This document shows positions 46,288 through 55,942 of a stretch of 64,000 nucleotides of DNA, in pieces. Numbering within the stretch: position 1 is the stretch's first letter; each line of letters begins with the position of its first letter. A program made the translations under genes and the position numbers. Under the pieces are notes generated by a model. The model did not search any database. It saw nothing but the letters and a program-made list of their open reading frames with translations, and was not told the origin of the DNA. Origin of the DNA: Candidatus Vogelbacteria bacterium (GTDB lineage: Bacteria > Patescibacteriota > Minisyncoccia > Phycocordibacterales > XYD1-FULL-46-19); NCBI GenBank assembly GCA_903864935.1, contig CAIPHT010000006.1:101198-165197 (forward strand), read 5' to 3'.

Positions 46288-47427
46288 TTACAACAATTTA
46301 GCAATATCGCTCACGGCGATGATTATCATAAGAAGGATGAGAAGGACAAAGCCAATCATATTAAGAGCGTTGGCAATTGAGGGCTTAATCGGTCGGCGAA
46401 TTATTGCCTCAATAGCCACAAAGAGGAGACGTCCGCCATCCAAAGCTGGGAAGGGCAAGAGATTAATAATCGCCAAATTAATGGAGATCACCACCATAAA
46501 GTTAAGCACATAGACCAAACCCATCTTGCTCGCGTCATTCATTAGACTATAAATACCAATCGGACCAGAAACGGCCGCCAGAGCTCCTCGGCCTTCAGTA
46601 AAAATCATGGAGAAGAAATCACCGAAGGACAAGAAGGTATTGATGATCATGTGATAAGTAAAATATAGACCATAGAAAGGCGCTTGCCACCAGGCGGCCG
46701 AGACCAAACCAATCTTCTGCATCGCGATACCAATCATGGCATCGCTACTAGAACTGTTTGTTTTAGGAATAACCGTCGCAAAAGAAGTTGTCGCCAAAGC
46801 ACCCTTGCGTGAATATTCTACCTTCACTTCTTGATTGGGAAATCTCTTAACAAAATTACGCACTGAGTCAGCTGACAAGTCTGTCGCCTTTTCCTTCCCT
46901 GAAAATAGCGAAAGTAATTGATCTCCTGACTTAAGACCACCAAGGGCGGCCGGTGAATCTTTAAGCACATTGACCACCGCCAACATTTCACGATGAACAG
47001 TCATGCCCACTGGCACTCCCCCGTCGGTGGCAATTGGCATACCAATCATTAGATTGATAGAAATAAGAATCCAAGCAAAAATTAAGTTGAAACTGACCCC
47101 CGCCGCTAAGACCAAAGCTTGCAGCCATTTGGGCTTATTCACAAAAGAGCGAGCACTATCAGGACCATTCGTATTCTCTTCATTAGGATCTTCGCCAAAA
47201 ATTTTTACAAAACCGCCAAAGGGCAACCAATTGAGCGAATAGATAGTCTCGCCAAATTTCTTACCCACGGCGCGGGGTGGCAAACCAAGACCAAATTCAT
47301 CAACGCGAATCCCGCCGAGCTTGGCGACAATAAAATGCCCAAACTCGTGAGTAAGGATTAAGAGAGCGAGGACGATGATGAAAAGTACTATAGTCATTTT
47401 ATTTTTTAATTTAATCTTTTGAGCCAA
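46288..47427 (-). CDS. rseP: RIP metalloprotease RseP (site-2 protease, M50) with PDZ domain
   Basis: HEFGHFIVAKLGG (HExxH), PDZ segment, LDGG motif near the C-terminus. Confidence 0.85.
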   Translation of the reverse strand: MAQKIKLKNKMTIVLFIIVLALLILTHEFGHFIVAKLGGIRVDEFGLGLPPRAVGKKFGETIYSLNWLPFGGFVKIFGEDPNEENTNGPDSARSFVNKPKWLQALVLAAGVSFNLIFAWILISINLMIGMPIATDGGVPVGMTVHREMLAVVNVLKDSPAALGGLKSGDQLLSLFSGKEKATDLSADSVRNFVKRFPNQEVKVEYSRKGALATTSFATVIPKTNSSSSDAMIGIAMQKIGLVSAAWWQAPFYGLYFTYHMIINTFLSFGDFFSMIFTEGRGALAAVSGPIGIYSLMNDASKMGLVYVLNFMVVISINLAIINLLPFPALDGGRLLFVAIEAIIRRPIKPSIANALNMIGFVLLILLMIIIAVSDIAKLL

Positions 47428-47439
47428 AACCGGCTCAAG

Positions 47440-47495
47440 CTTCTAAAAAGTCCTCGGTTCTCCTCAATCTACGATTTCGGCCAGACTTTTTTATA
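47440..47495. repeat. intergenic hairpin repeat family A, copy 4 (reverse orientation)
   Basis: aaaaagtcctcggttctcctcaatctacgatttcggccagac is the reverse complement of the family core (1-2 mismatches). Confidence 0.7.
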
Positions 47496-47523
47496 ATCAT
47501 GGGCCGATTTTTGGCAACAAGAA

Positions 47524-48072
47524 TTACGACATTATTTCGGCTTCCTTTCTCTTCGACAGAGATTCGAGTTTGCCGTTAGCTTCGTCAATCATCTTCTGCA
47601 AATCTTCCTTAGCCTTGAATTTGTCGTCCTCGCTCATCTCACCGGCTTTCTCTTGCTCCTGAATTTCTTCCCAAACTTTCTCACGTTCTTTGCGCACCGA
47701 GATACGAGCATCTTCTAATTTCTCACCCGTGAGTTTAATCAACATCTTGCGACGCTCTTCGGTCAACATTGGGAAGATGGCGCGGAGTCCGGCTGAATCT
47801 GGTGAAACAGAGAGTCCGATATTAGCCGCCTCAATCGCTGATTGGATGGCGCCAAGCTGACTCTTGTCCCACGGAGTAATACGCACAGTGCGCGCATCCT
47901 CAATCCCAATCGCAGCGACATGCTTAAGCGGCGTTTTGGTCCCATAGGACTCCACCATGACACTATCCAAGACCGCCGGTGTCGCCTTGCCCGTCCTAAT
48001 GCTCAGATACTCCCGCCCGAGCCAGTCCTCAACCTCTGTTAATTTTGTTTTAAATGTGGAAAAGTTATACAT
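47524..48072 (-). CDS. frr: ribosome recycling factor
   Basis: 182 aa; canonical Frr sequence MLTEERRKMLIKLTGEKLEDARISVR. Confidence 0.95.
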   Translation of the reverse strand: MYNFSTFKTKLTEVEDWLGREYLSIRTGKATPAVLDSVMVESYGTKTPLKHVAAIGIEDARTVRITPWDKSQLGAIQSAIEAANIGLSVSPDSAGLRAIFPMLTEERRKMLIKLTGEKLEDARISVRKEREKVWEEIQEQEKAGEMSEDDKFKAKEDLQKMIDEANGKLESLSKRKEAEIMS

Positions 48073-48094
48073 AGGGATATTATATAGGAAGTTG

Positions 48095-48853
48095 TCAATT
48101 TGGTAAAATAAACGCCAGATGTTCGAGAATCAAACGATTGGACGAACGGGGGTTCTCGAGATAACGGCGGGATTTTTCTAATTCGTGGAGGGAAAGTTCT
48201 TCGTCTTTAGTAATTTTCCTCATCTCTATCCCCGCTCGGAGAGCTTTTTCTAAATCAATAACAAAATCAATTATTTCGCTCTTACTTTTGTCTTTATTTT
48301 TTAGAAATTCTTTTTGTAAGAATTCAAGACGGTCGGGGAGGTCTAGTTTGAGAAAGTTACTAGCCCTCTTTTCGGCTTCACCGAAGTCGGATCTGGCTAC
48401 GCGAGATACGACTTCAGTTCCGCCTCCACTTGGAGGTTTCGCCTCCAAGTTACCGCCAACATTCATTACCATCATTCGCGAACGAACTGTCGGGAGAAAA
48501 ATCTCGGCCGAACGAGCAATAATAAAAAAATGAGTATCAGGGATTGGCTCTTCAAAAGTCTTGAGCAAAGCATTTTGCGCTTCGGGAGTCGCTGAATTTA
48601 TCTCAAGGACAAAAAAACGGCCACTGCCAGAAAATGATTTGCGTGATTCCTTCTCAATCAAACCATGACTGTCTTTGATACCAAAAGAATCATAACTCTG
48701 CCAAAAGATATCTGGGCAAGAGGACAAATTCTCAATCTTTAGATTCTTTTTTAGTTCTTGCTTAAGAATTTCTCGCCAATATTCCCTATCTCCGACCAGC
48801 AAATAGGCATGATATAATTCCTCAAAATTAAAGATTTTTTTATCTTTCATCAA
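48095..48853 (-). CDS. holB: DNA polymerase III delta' subunit-like (clamp-loader AAA+), carrying an in-frame palindromic-element insertion
   Basis: HAYLLVG, FFIIARSAEIFLPTVRSR (sensor-2 like). The insertion encodes ...KPPSGGGTEVVSRVARSDFGEAEKR. Confidence 0.65.
   Translation of the reverse strand: MMKDKKIFNFEELYHAYLLVGDREYWREILKQELKKNLKIENLSSCPDIFWQSYDSFGIKDSHGLIEKESRKSFSGSGRFFVLEINSATPEAQNALLKTFEEPIPDTHFFIIARSAEIFLPTVRSRMMVMNVGGNLEAKPPSGGGTEVVSRVARSDFGEAEKRASNFLKLDLPDRLEFLQKEFLKNKDKSKSEIIDFVIDLEKALRAGIEMRKITKDEELSLHELEKSRRYLENPRSSNRLILEHLAFILPN
48394..48426. repeat. GC-rich palindromic element, type A, inside holB coding sequence (in frame)
   Basis: gaagtcggatctggctacgcgagatacgacttc, identical to 57638-57670. 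Confidence 0.85.
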
Positions 48854-48881
48854 CTTACGACTTATTACTTATCGTTTACTA

Positions 48882-49895
48882 CTATCTCTTAGAGATAATA
48901 CTCCTTTTATAGACATCAATGTGATCGAGGGCAATCCCCGTCCCCTTGGCCACACAGTAGAGAGCCTCCTCTGCGACGTAGGCCTTGACCCCTGTCTTCC
49001 TAAAGATGAGTTCGGCCAAGTTGCGAAGTTGTGACGAACCACCCGTCAAGACTATCCCTTGATCGATAACATCCGCCGAGAGCTCTGGCGGAGTATCTTG
49101 GAAGACGGCTTTAATGGCCCTCACAATTTCTTTAAGTTCATTGTCAATCGCTCGAACAATTTCGTTGGTTCGCACTTCGGCCGAACGCGGGAGTCCAGTC
49201 ATGAAGTCGCGACCCTTAATCGTATAAGACATCTCATCTTCAATCGGGACAGCTGAGCCAACCGAAATCTTCACCTCCTCGGCCGTCTTGTCACCAATCG
49301 CAAGATTAAAAGTTTTTTTAATATAATCGGCAATCGCTTGGTCTATCTTATTACCAGCATGCTTAACCGAAGTTGAAGAAACAATACCGCCAAGAGAGAT
49401 TACCGCGACATCTGTCGTTCCCCCACCAATATCAACAACCATGTGCCCGCAAGCTTCATAAATAGGTATACCCGCACCAATTGCCGCCAAAATTGGTTCC
49501 TTCACAACATAGGCATTCTTGGCGCCGGCGCGCATTGCGGCCTCAATCACCGCTCGACGCTCAGTTGAGGTGACTCCAGCCGGAACAGAAATCATGACAT
49601 CGGGCTTGAACAAATTAAAACGCCCAATCGCTTTATTGATATAATAACGCAACATCGCTTCAGTAATACGATAATCGGCAATCACCCCATCCTTCATTGG
49701 CTTGTAGACCATAATGGTATCCGGGGCCTTGCCCACCATATCCTTGGCCTCGCCGCCCACCGCCACCACTCGATTATCCATTAAATTAACCGCCACCACG
49801 GACGGTTCATTGAGAACAATTCCCTGACCCGGCACATAGACCAAAGTATTGGCCGTGCCTAAGTCTATTCCTAATTTTGTGGTAAACACTGACAT
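48882..49895 (-). CDS. MreB-family actin-like protein (second paralogue)
   Basis: LGIDLGTANTLVYVPGQG...DIGGGTTDVAVIS; 337 aa. Confidence 0.85.
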   Translation of the reverse strand: MSVFTTKLGIDLGTANTLVYVPGQGIVLNEPSVVAVNLMDNRVVAVGGEAKDMVGKAPDTIMVYKPMKDGVIADYRITEAMLRYYINKAIGRFNLFKPDVMISVPAGVTSTERRAVIEAAMRAGAKNAYVVKEPILAAIGAGIPIYEACGHMVVDIGGGTTDVAVISLGGIVSSTSVKHAGNKIDQAIADYIKKTFNLAIGDKTAEEVKISVGSAVPIEDEMSYTIKGRDFMTGLPRSAEVRTNEIVRAIDNELKEIVRAIKAVFQDTPPELSADVIDQGIVLTGGSSQLRNLAELIFRKTGVKAYVAEEALYCVAKGTGIALDHIDVYKRSIISKR

Positions 49896-51205
49896 AATTC
49901 GTTTTTATCATCACCGGAGACTCGTTTGATCTCTAAACCCAAGGAGACTAGGCGTTTCTCGATCTCTTCATACCCACGGTCGATATATTCGACATTATGG
50001 ACTACTGATTGCCCAGATGCAATAATGGCCGCCAGAACATAAGCAAGCCCCGCCCGCAAGTCTGGGCTCTCAATTTCTCGTCCGGAGAGAGGGGTGGGGC
50101 CATCAATAATCGCTCGGTGCGAATCAAGGACCTTAACTTTGGCCCCCATACGACTGAGCGCGTCAAAATAATTGAGGCGACCCTCAAAAATTGTTTCAAA
50201 GAGATAACTTTGCCCCTCGGCCTGTGTGAGAAAAATAGAAAAAGGCGCTTGCAAATCAGTGGGGAAACCAGGGTACTCATGAGTCTTAACATCAAGCGAG
50301 GTGAATTTTTCTCGGCCAGAATTTATTACCTTAACCCAATCAGGGCCGGTCTCAATTTCTACTCCGGCCTCAGACAAATAAGCAATAAGGGCATCGAGAT
50401 GGTCGGGACGACATTTCTTCACGATGATTTCTTTGCCGGCCAAGGCACCGAGAATAATAAAACTTCCCGCCTCAATTCGGTCAGGCAAAGTATGATGAAT
50501 TTTATCTTGGCCTTGCAATAATTCGCCACCTTCAATAATAATAGTAGAGGTACCGAGCCCCGTAATTTTGGCCCCGCACTCATTTAACCATTCACCAAGA
50601 GAAACAATCTCTGGCTCAACCGGGCAATTCTTGAGAACCGTCTTCCCCCTAGCGAGAACTCCCGCCATCATAAAAGTCTCGGTTACTGTCACGCTCTGAA
50701 TTTTAGAAAAAATTTCTGCTCCTACTAAGTGACCATTCTCGGCCTCAACAACAAAATTCTCCCCATCTTCAGTAATCTTAGCGCCCATCTTTCTAAAGCC
50801 CGCCAAGAAAAGATCAATGGGGCGCTTACCAATCACACAACCCCCAGGATAAGGAAAAATTACTTTACCAAAACGAGCCAAGAGCGGACCAGTAATAACA
50901 ATCGAGGCACGCAGTTTCTTCGAAATATCAGCGGGAAGAGAAAATTCTTTTAATTCTGTAGTATCGAAACTATATTTATTTTTCTCTGGGTGCTCAACTT
51001 TAATACCCAGACGTTTTAACAATTCAATCAGACGATGAACATCTTCAATCTCGGGAACGTTGAGAGCAGTAAAGCCGTCTTGGAACAAGACACTGCCCGC
51101 CAAGACCTTAAGCGCCTCATTCTTCGCTCCACCAATAACAATCTCCCCCTGGAGAGTTTTGGCACCGCCTAAACCGGCGATAATAAATCTATCGTCTTTA
51201 GTCAT
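49871..51205 (-). CDS. murA: UDP-N-acetylglucosamine 1-carboxyvinyltransferase
   Basis: IIAGLGGAKTLQGEIVIGGAKNEALKVLAG...; 444 aa EPSP-synthase fold. Confidence 0.9.
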   Translation of the reverse strand: MTKDDRFIIAGLGGAKTLQGEIVIGGAKNEALKVLAGSVLFQDGFTALNVPEIEDVHRLIELLKRLGIKVEHPEKNKYSFDTTELKEFSLPADISKKLRASIVITGPLLARFGKVIFPYPGGCVIGKRPIDLFLAGFRKMGAKITEDGENFVVEAENGHLVGAEIFSKIQSVTVTETFMMAGVLARGKTVLKNCPVEPEIVSLGEWLNECGAKITGLGTSTIIIEGGELLQGQDKIHHTLPDRIEAGSFIILGALAGKEIIVKKCRPDHLDALIAYLSEAGVEIETGPDWVKVINSGREKFTSLDVKTHEYPGFPTDLQAPFSIFLTQAEGQSYLFETIFEGRLNYFDALSRMGAKVKVLDSHRAIIDGPTPLSGREIESPDLRAGLAYVLAAIIASGQSVVHNVEYIDRGYEEIEKRLVSLGLEIKRVSGDDKNELCQCLPQN

Positions 51206-51215
51206 ACTAGGCTTA

Positions 51216-53186
51216 TTATTTCACAGAAATGTCTCTTGTCAAAATTCCCTTAGAGAAATTGACTGGACCAGATTGATAGGTCTTAAGATAAGAACCGTCT
51301 AATTGCTTTTCTTCAACGGTATAATAATAGACCCCAGGTCGCACCAGAAGATAGAAACGTCCAAATTTATCGGCCACCACTGACTTAATTTGCTGATTAA
51401 GATCCGGCAAGAAGACTCGAATAATAGCAAAAGGTAATGGTTCATCGCTCCCCTCCCTCACAACCTTAAGCGGTCGACGCTTGTCACGCCAAAACTTATT
51501 CAAGAGAATAACGGCCACATACAAGAAGAGGACAGCCAAATTGAGCAATGAGGGATTGAGGAAAAGAAGAGTCACCGAGAGAACAAAGCCTAAAGCAAAA
51601 AAGAAATTATAGAGACGCTTCAGCCAGATTTGCTGACGAGTATAGAAATGATAGAAATTTGTCTTAGTCTTGGCAAACTCATTCCAATCGAAGTCGATTG
51701 AATCCATCGGTATATTGATATTAATAATCTCTTCACCGGTAACAACCAAGGGATGACCAAAATATAAATCGTTATAAATTTCGTCCGTTGTTTTGCCCTG
51801 CAATTTTTCTGAAGGAAATTTGTAATGCGTTTTATTCGCCAAGAGCTGATAGGTGCCGGCCGGCAAGAAGAAACTAAAACGTCCATCGATATCCGTGATA
51901 GCACTCGCCACCTCCTTCATCACACCGTCCGGCCCAGCTTGTGACGCCGTGACATAGACCGGATCAAGTGGTCGCTTGGTCACCGAATCATAAACTGTTC
52001 CCCAAGGTTTATCATGACGACGGCGACCAAAGAAATAGCCCATGGCACGGAAGAGACCAAGTAACAAATCATAGAAAGAAGGTAAGAAACCGAAGGCGAG
52101 ACCGCCCGCCACGGCAACAGGGGCAACCTGCCCCACAACCGTCTCCGCCCAAAAGATTAGAGGGCTCGGGATAATTAGACTGCCTCTAATATGTGCCGTG
52201 GTTTGATTCTCATAATTGATAATGTAGATATCAAGCGGGTAGGTCCCTTGTTTAATAAGTGGACTAAGCGTCGCCTCATAACTCAAACCATCGGCTGAAC
52301 GATGAAGAAGAAAGGAAAAAGTTTTATTTTTATCTCGTGGGTCGGTCAGGGTCACACCGATAGTCTTAAGATAATTAAGAGGCTTATTAGGAGTGAAGAT
52401 GATTGTAATCGTCTTGTCACCAGATAAGCTGACCCTCCCTCGCCAATCAAAAGTCTTAATATCTTCTTCAGGTTGGGCAAAACTTAAATGCCAGCTACTC
52501 TTAACGAGAGTGGTCAAAGAGCTGGTGGCCACCGGCAAGGAACCAAAGATTCCCCCTCCGCCACCGAGGCCGTTATTATCGCCCCCCTCCCCCGGCGGGA
52601 TAACGGGCGGCTCTTCATCTTTTGAGTAAGTACAGTGGCCGTCGTCCTCTGTCGCTTTAGGATCATAATTGGTCGCTCGAGAATCAAGACAACCCGGGAT
52701 ACTATCAACAACCTTAAGGTAACGACAACTGCCATCGTCTTTGGTGGCGACAGAATTATAATTGATTGCCAGAGAATCAGTACAGCCCGGAATTTCTTGC
52801 GGAATTATTATTGTTCCACCGGGCGTATAGGAACAACTTAGATTATCCTGTGTCGCTAGAGGATTGTAATTTAAAGCCTTAGGATCAGTACAACCCAAGA
52901 CAGGGGTCGTCGTCGGAGCAACAGGCACAGAACTGGCCGTCCCACTTTCTAAATAACGATAACCTGAACTAGCGCTATTACTCGTCCCACTACTAAGACC
53001 GGAGATAATTTCGCCCAGAGTATCCTTAACCGAATAATTGGGAGAAGTCGCACTGTCTAAACCACCAAGATTAAGACTATCTTTCTCAAGATGATAATTG
53101 GGACTCGCTGCCACATAAGCCGAAGACGAAGAAACAACTCCCCCAAACAAGAGAGCAATGATGAGAATGAAAAAAAACTTCTTCAT
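51216..53186 (-). CDS. large surface protein with three tandem Cys-rich ~36-aa repeats, carboxypeptidase-regulatory-like beta domain and C-terminal TM helices
   Basis: Signal peptide. Repeats LGCTDPKALNYNPLATQDNLSCSY / PGCTDSLAINYNSVATKDDGSCRY / PGCLDSRATNYDPKATEDDGHCTY. GGGG-rich linker. IDGRFSFFLPAGTYQL. Confidence 0.6.
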   Translation of the reverse strand: MKKFFFILIIALLFGGVVSSSSAYVAASPNYHLEKDSLNLGGLDSATSPNYSVKDTLGEIISGLSSGTSNSASSGYRYLESGTASSVPVAPTTTPVLGCTDPKALNYNPLATQDNLSCSYTPGGTIIIPQEIPGCTDSLAINYNSVATKDDGSCRYLKVVDSIPGCLDSRATNYDPKATEDDGHCTYSKDEEPPVIPPGEGGDNNGLGGGGGIFGSLPVATSSLTTLVKSSWHLSFAQPEEDIKTFDWRGRVSLSGDKTITIIFTPNKPLNYLKTIGVTLTDPRDKNKTFSFLLHRSADGLSYEATLSPLIKQGTYPLDIYIINYENQTTAHIRGSLIIPSPLIFWAETVVGQVAPVAVAGGLAFGFLPSFYDLLLGLFRAMGYFFGRRRHDKPWGTVYDSVTKRPLDPVYVTASQAGPDGVMKEVASAITDIDGRFSFFLPAGTYQLLANKTHYKFPSEKLQGKTTDEIYNDLYFGHPLVVTGEEIININIPMDSIDFDWNEFAKTKTNFYHFYTRQQIWLKRLYNFFFALGFVLSVTLLFLNPSLLNLAVLFLYVAVILLNKFWRDKRRPLKVVREGSDEPLPFAIIRVFLPDLNQQIKSVVADKFGRFYLLVRPGVYYYTVEEKQLDGSYLKTYQSGPVNFSKGILTRDISVK

Positions 53187-53195
53187 GACTTATAA

Positions 53196-53825
53196 TCAAC
53201 GCGTCGGCGCGAGAACAAAAACATAAGTCTTACCGCGTCGACCATCTGGGAAAATCGGTGTAACTGTACCCGAAGAACCATTGCTATCAATCCGAATATC
53301 TACCTGGTCAGCAAAAGTTTGGCGTAATTCTTGTTTTAGAGATTCGTCAGCGGTACTTGAGCCACTCGTTGGGACCGCCAACAAGCGATAAGATGGTTTG
53401 TCGGCCGGAACAATTCCCCCAAAAAGTTTACTACTACTAGCCTGTTCAGCTTTAATTTCACTTAAAATTTGTTGCCTTAATTGCTCACGCAAAAGGGCAG
53501 TCTCGGTTGACGAAGCAGACAAAGTAACCATTGGAGTCGGCGTTGTCACCCTCGCACGACCAAAGAGATTAAGAATAGAGTCATAAACCGAAGCGGTGAA
53601 AAAAACGCTATCAGGTAACTGAATCTTCGTCAGTGCCTGGTAACGTTCTCGAGGTAAATTATAGTCAGCCAGACTATTACCAATTTGCATCCCACCAATA
53701 AGAATAATAGCCAGGCTAAAACCGGTCAGGGGCAAAGCCAATAACTTCAAACCGTCTTGCTTGTTTAGCGCCAACTTCCGACCAGAAGGAAGAGCCGGTC
53801 TAACTTTAAAATAGCCAACTTTCAT
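53196..53825 (-). CDS. hypothetical membrane-anchored protein
   Basis: 209 aa, N-terminal TM, Ser/Thr-rich. Confidence 0.45.
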   Translation of the reverse strand: MKVGYFKVRPALPSGRKLALNKQDGLKLLALPLTGFSLAIILIGGMQIGNSLADYNLPRERYQALTKIQLPDSVFFTASVYDSILNLFGRARVTTPTPMVTLSASSTETALLREQLRQQILSEIKAEQASSSKLFGGIVPADKPSYRLLAVPTSGSSTADESLKQELRQTFADQVDIRIDSNGSSGTVTPIFPDGRRGKTYVFVLAPTR

Positions 53826-53909
53826 CCCCTACATAATACAACAAGGACGCTGATTTGAGAAGAAAAAGGGCGGTTGTGGATAAACAATAAAATCGCTATA
53901 CTCAAAGCA

Positions 53910-55799
53910 ATGAAGATCGTCACTGTTATTCCCCTAAAAAAGAGCGTCTGGCGAGATAATTTGACATATTTTACCGCGCAAGATGCTCCTCTCGGCTCAC
54001 TCGCCACCGTCCCAGTGCGCGGACAACAAGTCCTCGCCCTGATCGTTGATAGCCGCGAAGCGAGTGACTTAAAGAGTGAGTTAAAAACGGTGGACTGGCA
54101 ATTGCGCAAGGTCACCAAAATTAAGAAGATAAATTATTTTGATTCGGCCTTCATTAGCGCGGCTGGCCTCACGGCCGATTATTTTGCCACTCTCACCGGG
54201 CACGTTATCAAGACAGCCGTTCCTCAAGCGATTCTCGACGAACTCCCCGAAGTTAAAATAGCAAAAAGGGGGGAAGCCGAGAAAATCTTAGCCGAGGTCA
54301 ACGCCGTGCAAGAATCCGAAGACGAACGTTTGGCTCGTTATAAAAGCTTGATTCGAGAGGCCTTTGCCAAGAAACAATCGGTTTACCTTTGCTTACCAAC
54401 AAGTGCCGACATCAATCGCATTATTGAACCACTTAAAAAAGGGATCGAAAATTATGTCTTGGTGGGACACGGTGCCCTCTCCAAGAAAGAGCAACTCGAT
54501 TTTTGGAAAAAGGCGCAGAGCATCGAACACCCCATTCTTGTTGTGGGCACCCCCCTCTTTCTCTCTCTCCCTCGCGAGGATATAAGCACAATCATCATTG
54601 AACGAGAAAATTCCTCTGCTTACAAAATGTTGGCCCGACCCTTCGTCGATTGGCGCTTCTTTATTGAAGAATTAGCGAAGCAAAGAGAAATCCGTTTGAT
54701 CTTGGGTGATAGTGCCCTGCGCAGTGAGACAATCTATCGCTTAGGCAAGGGCGAGATCGCTCCCTTGGGCTCAATAAAATATCGCTATACGGGGAGTGCC
54801 ACCAGTCAAATTATTGCTCTCGGTACCGACAAGGACAAAACAGCAATCCTTGAGGCGACCAACGAACGCTTAAGAGAACGAATAGAAAACGCTTTAGACA
54901 GTAACGAAAAGATTTTTATCTATTCTGGCCGACGCGGTCTCGCTCCCCTAACTCTTTGTCGCGACTGCGGGACAATTATGAATTGTGACGTCTGTCATCT
55001 CCCACTCACCATCCACCAGAGTCCTCGTCTTAAAGAACGTGTCTTTGTTTGTCATAAATGCAGTCAGATTGTGGAAATTGAAGATGAATGCAAAAAGTGT
55101 AAGGGCCAACGTCTCGCCATCATTGGCTTCGGAGTTGAGAAGATTGCCGAGGAGCTCTCCGTCGCTTTTCCCAACACCACCCTCTTCCACCTCGACAGTG
55201 ACAGTACCAAAACTAGCAAAAAAGCTGAGGAGGTAATTAGGCAATTCAACAAAACACCAAACAGTATTCTAATTGGCACCGAGATGGCTCTTCATTACTT
55301 AGATAATCAAGTTGATAATGTCTTGGCTGTTGGTCTCGACGCCTTCCTCGCTATGCCCGATTGGCGCGCGAGTGAAAAATTATTCTCCACCCTCCTCCGA
55401 CTCAAACAATTGGCCCGTAAGCATTTTATTCTTCAAACACGTGAGCCAGAAGAAAAAATTTTCTCTTATATCACTGGTGGCAATCTTATCGACTTCTATC
55501 GTGACGAAATTGCCGACCGACAAGAATTAGGTTACCCACCCTTCAAAGTCCTGATCAAAATATCTCTGGCCGGGAGTTTACCCGAAATTAGAAAAGAGAT
55601 GTCCAGATTGGAAAAAATGCTCGAAAAATGGCACCCCCTTGGTTATCCTGATATCTCTAAAAATACTAAGGGCCTCCCCGTTCTTAATATTCTCCTCCGT
55701 CTCCCGGCGAGTGCTTGGCCCCATCCCGAGTTATTAAAAATTCTCAAATCCCTCCCCCCATCTTTCATAATTAACGTCGATCCAGAATCGGTATTATAA
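53910..55799 (+). CDS. priA: PriA-like primosomal protein N' with degenerate helicase motifs
   Basis: N-terminal MKIVTVIPL...LATVPVRGQQVLALIV; Cys cluster CRDCGTIMNCDVCHLPLTIH...CHKCSQ...CKKCKG. Walker A absent (KKQSVYLCLPTS) and DEEH replaced by IIIEREN. Confidence 0.7.
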   Translation: MKIVTVIPLKKSVWRDNLTYFTAQDAPLGSLATVPVRGQQVLALIVDSREASDLKSELKTVDWQLRKVTKIKKINYFDSAFISAAGLTADYFATLTGHVIKTAVPQAILDELPEVKIAKRGEAEKILAEVNAVQESEDERLARYKSLIREAFAKKQSVYLCLPTSADINRIIEPLKKGIENYVLVGHGALSKKEQLDFWKKAQSIEHPILVVGTPLFLSLPREDISTIIIERENSSAYKMLARPFVDWRFFIEELAKQREIRLILGDSALRSETIYRLGKGEIAPLGSIKYRYTGSATSQIIALGTDKDKTAILEATNERLRERIENALDSNEKIFIYSGRRGLAPLTLCRDCGTIMNCDVCHLPLTIHQSPRLKERVFVCHKCSQIVEIEDECKKCKGQRLAIIGFGVEKIAEELSVAFPNTTLFHLDSDSTKTSKKAEEVIRQFNKTPNSILIGTEMALHYLDNQVDNVLAVGLDAFLAMPDWRASEKLFSTLLRLKQLARKHFILQTREPEEKIFSYITGGNLIDFYRDEIADRQELGYPPFKVLIKISLAGSLPEIRKEMSRLEKMLEKWHPLGYPDISKNTKGLPVLNILLRLPASAWPHPELLKILKSLPPSFIINVDPESVL

Positions 55800-55805
55800 A
55801 AAGTA

Positions 55806-55850
55806 GAAAAAGGTAACGTCCGTGACGATCGTCAGCTGTGTTACCTTTTT
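55806..55850. terminator. hairpin family B, copy 3
   Basis: aaaaaggtaacgtccgtgacgatcgtcagctgtgttacctttttc, directly after the priA stop. Confidence 0.55.
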
Positions 55851-55869
55851 CAAAATTACAACACACCAA

Positions 55870-55898
55870 AAATGTCCAACATCCGATGTTGGACATTT
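55870..55898. repeat. palindromic hairpin family C (aaatgtccaacat ccg atgttggacattt, perfect 13-bp arms)
   Basis: Shares its core with 29477-29504. Confidence 0.6.
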
Positions 55899-55942
55899 CA
55901 AGGCAATTCGACCTGCAAGCTTTTTTGTGTTAAAATGAGAGC

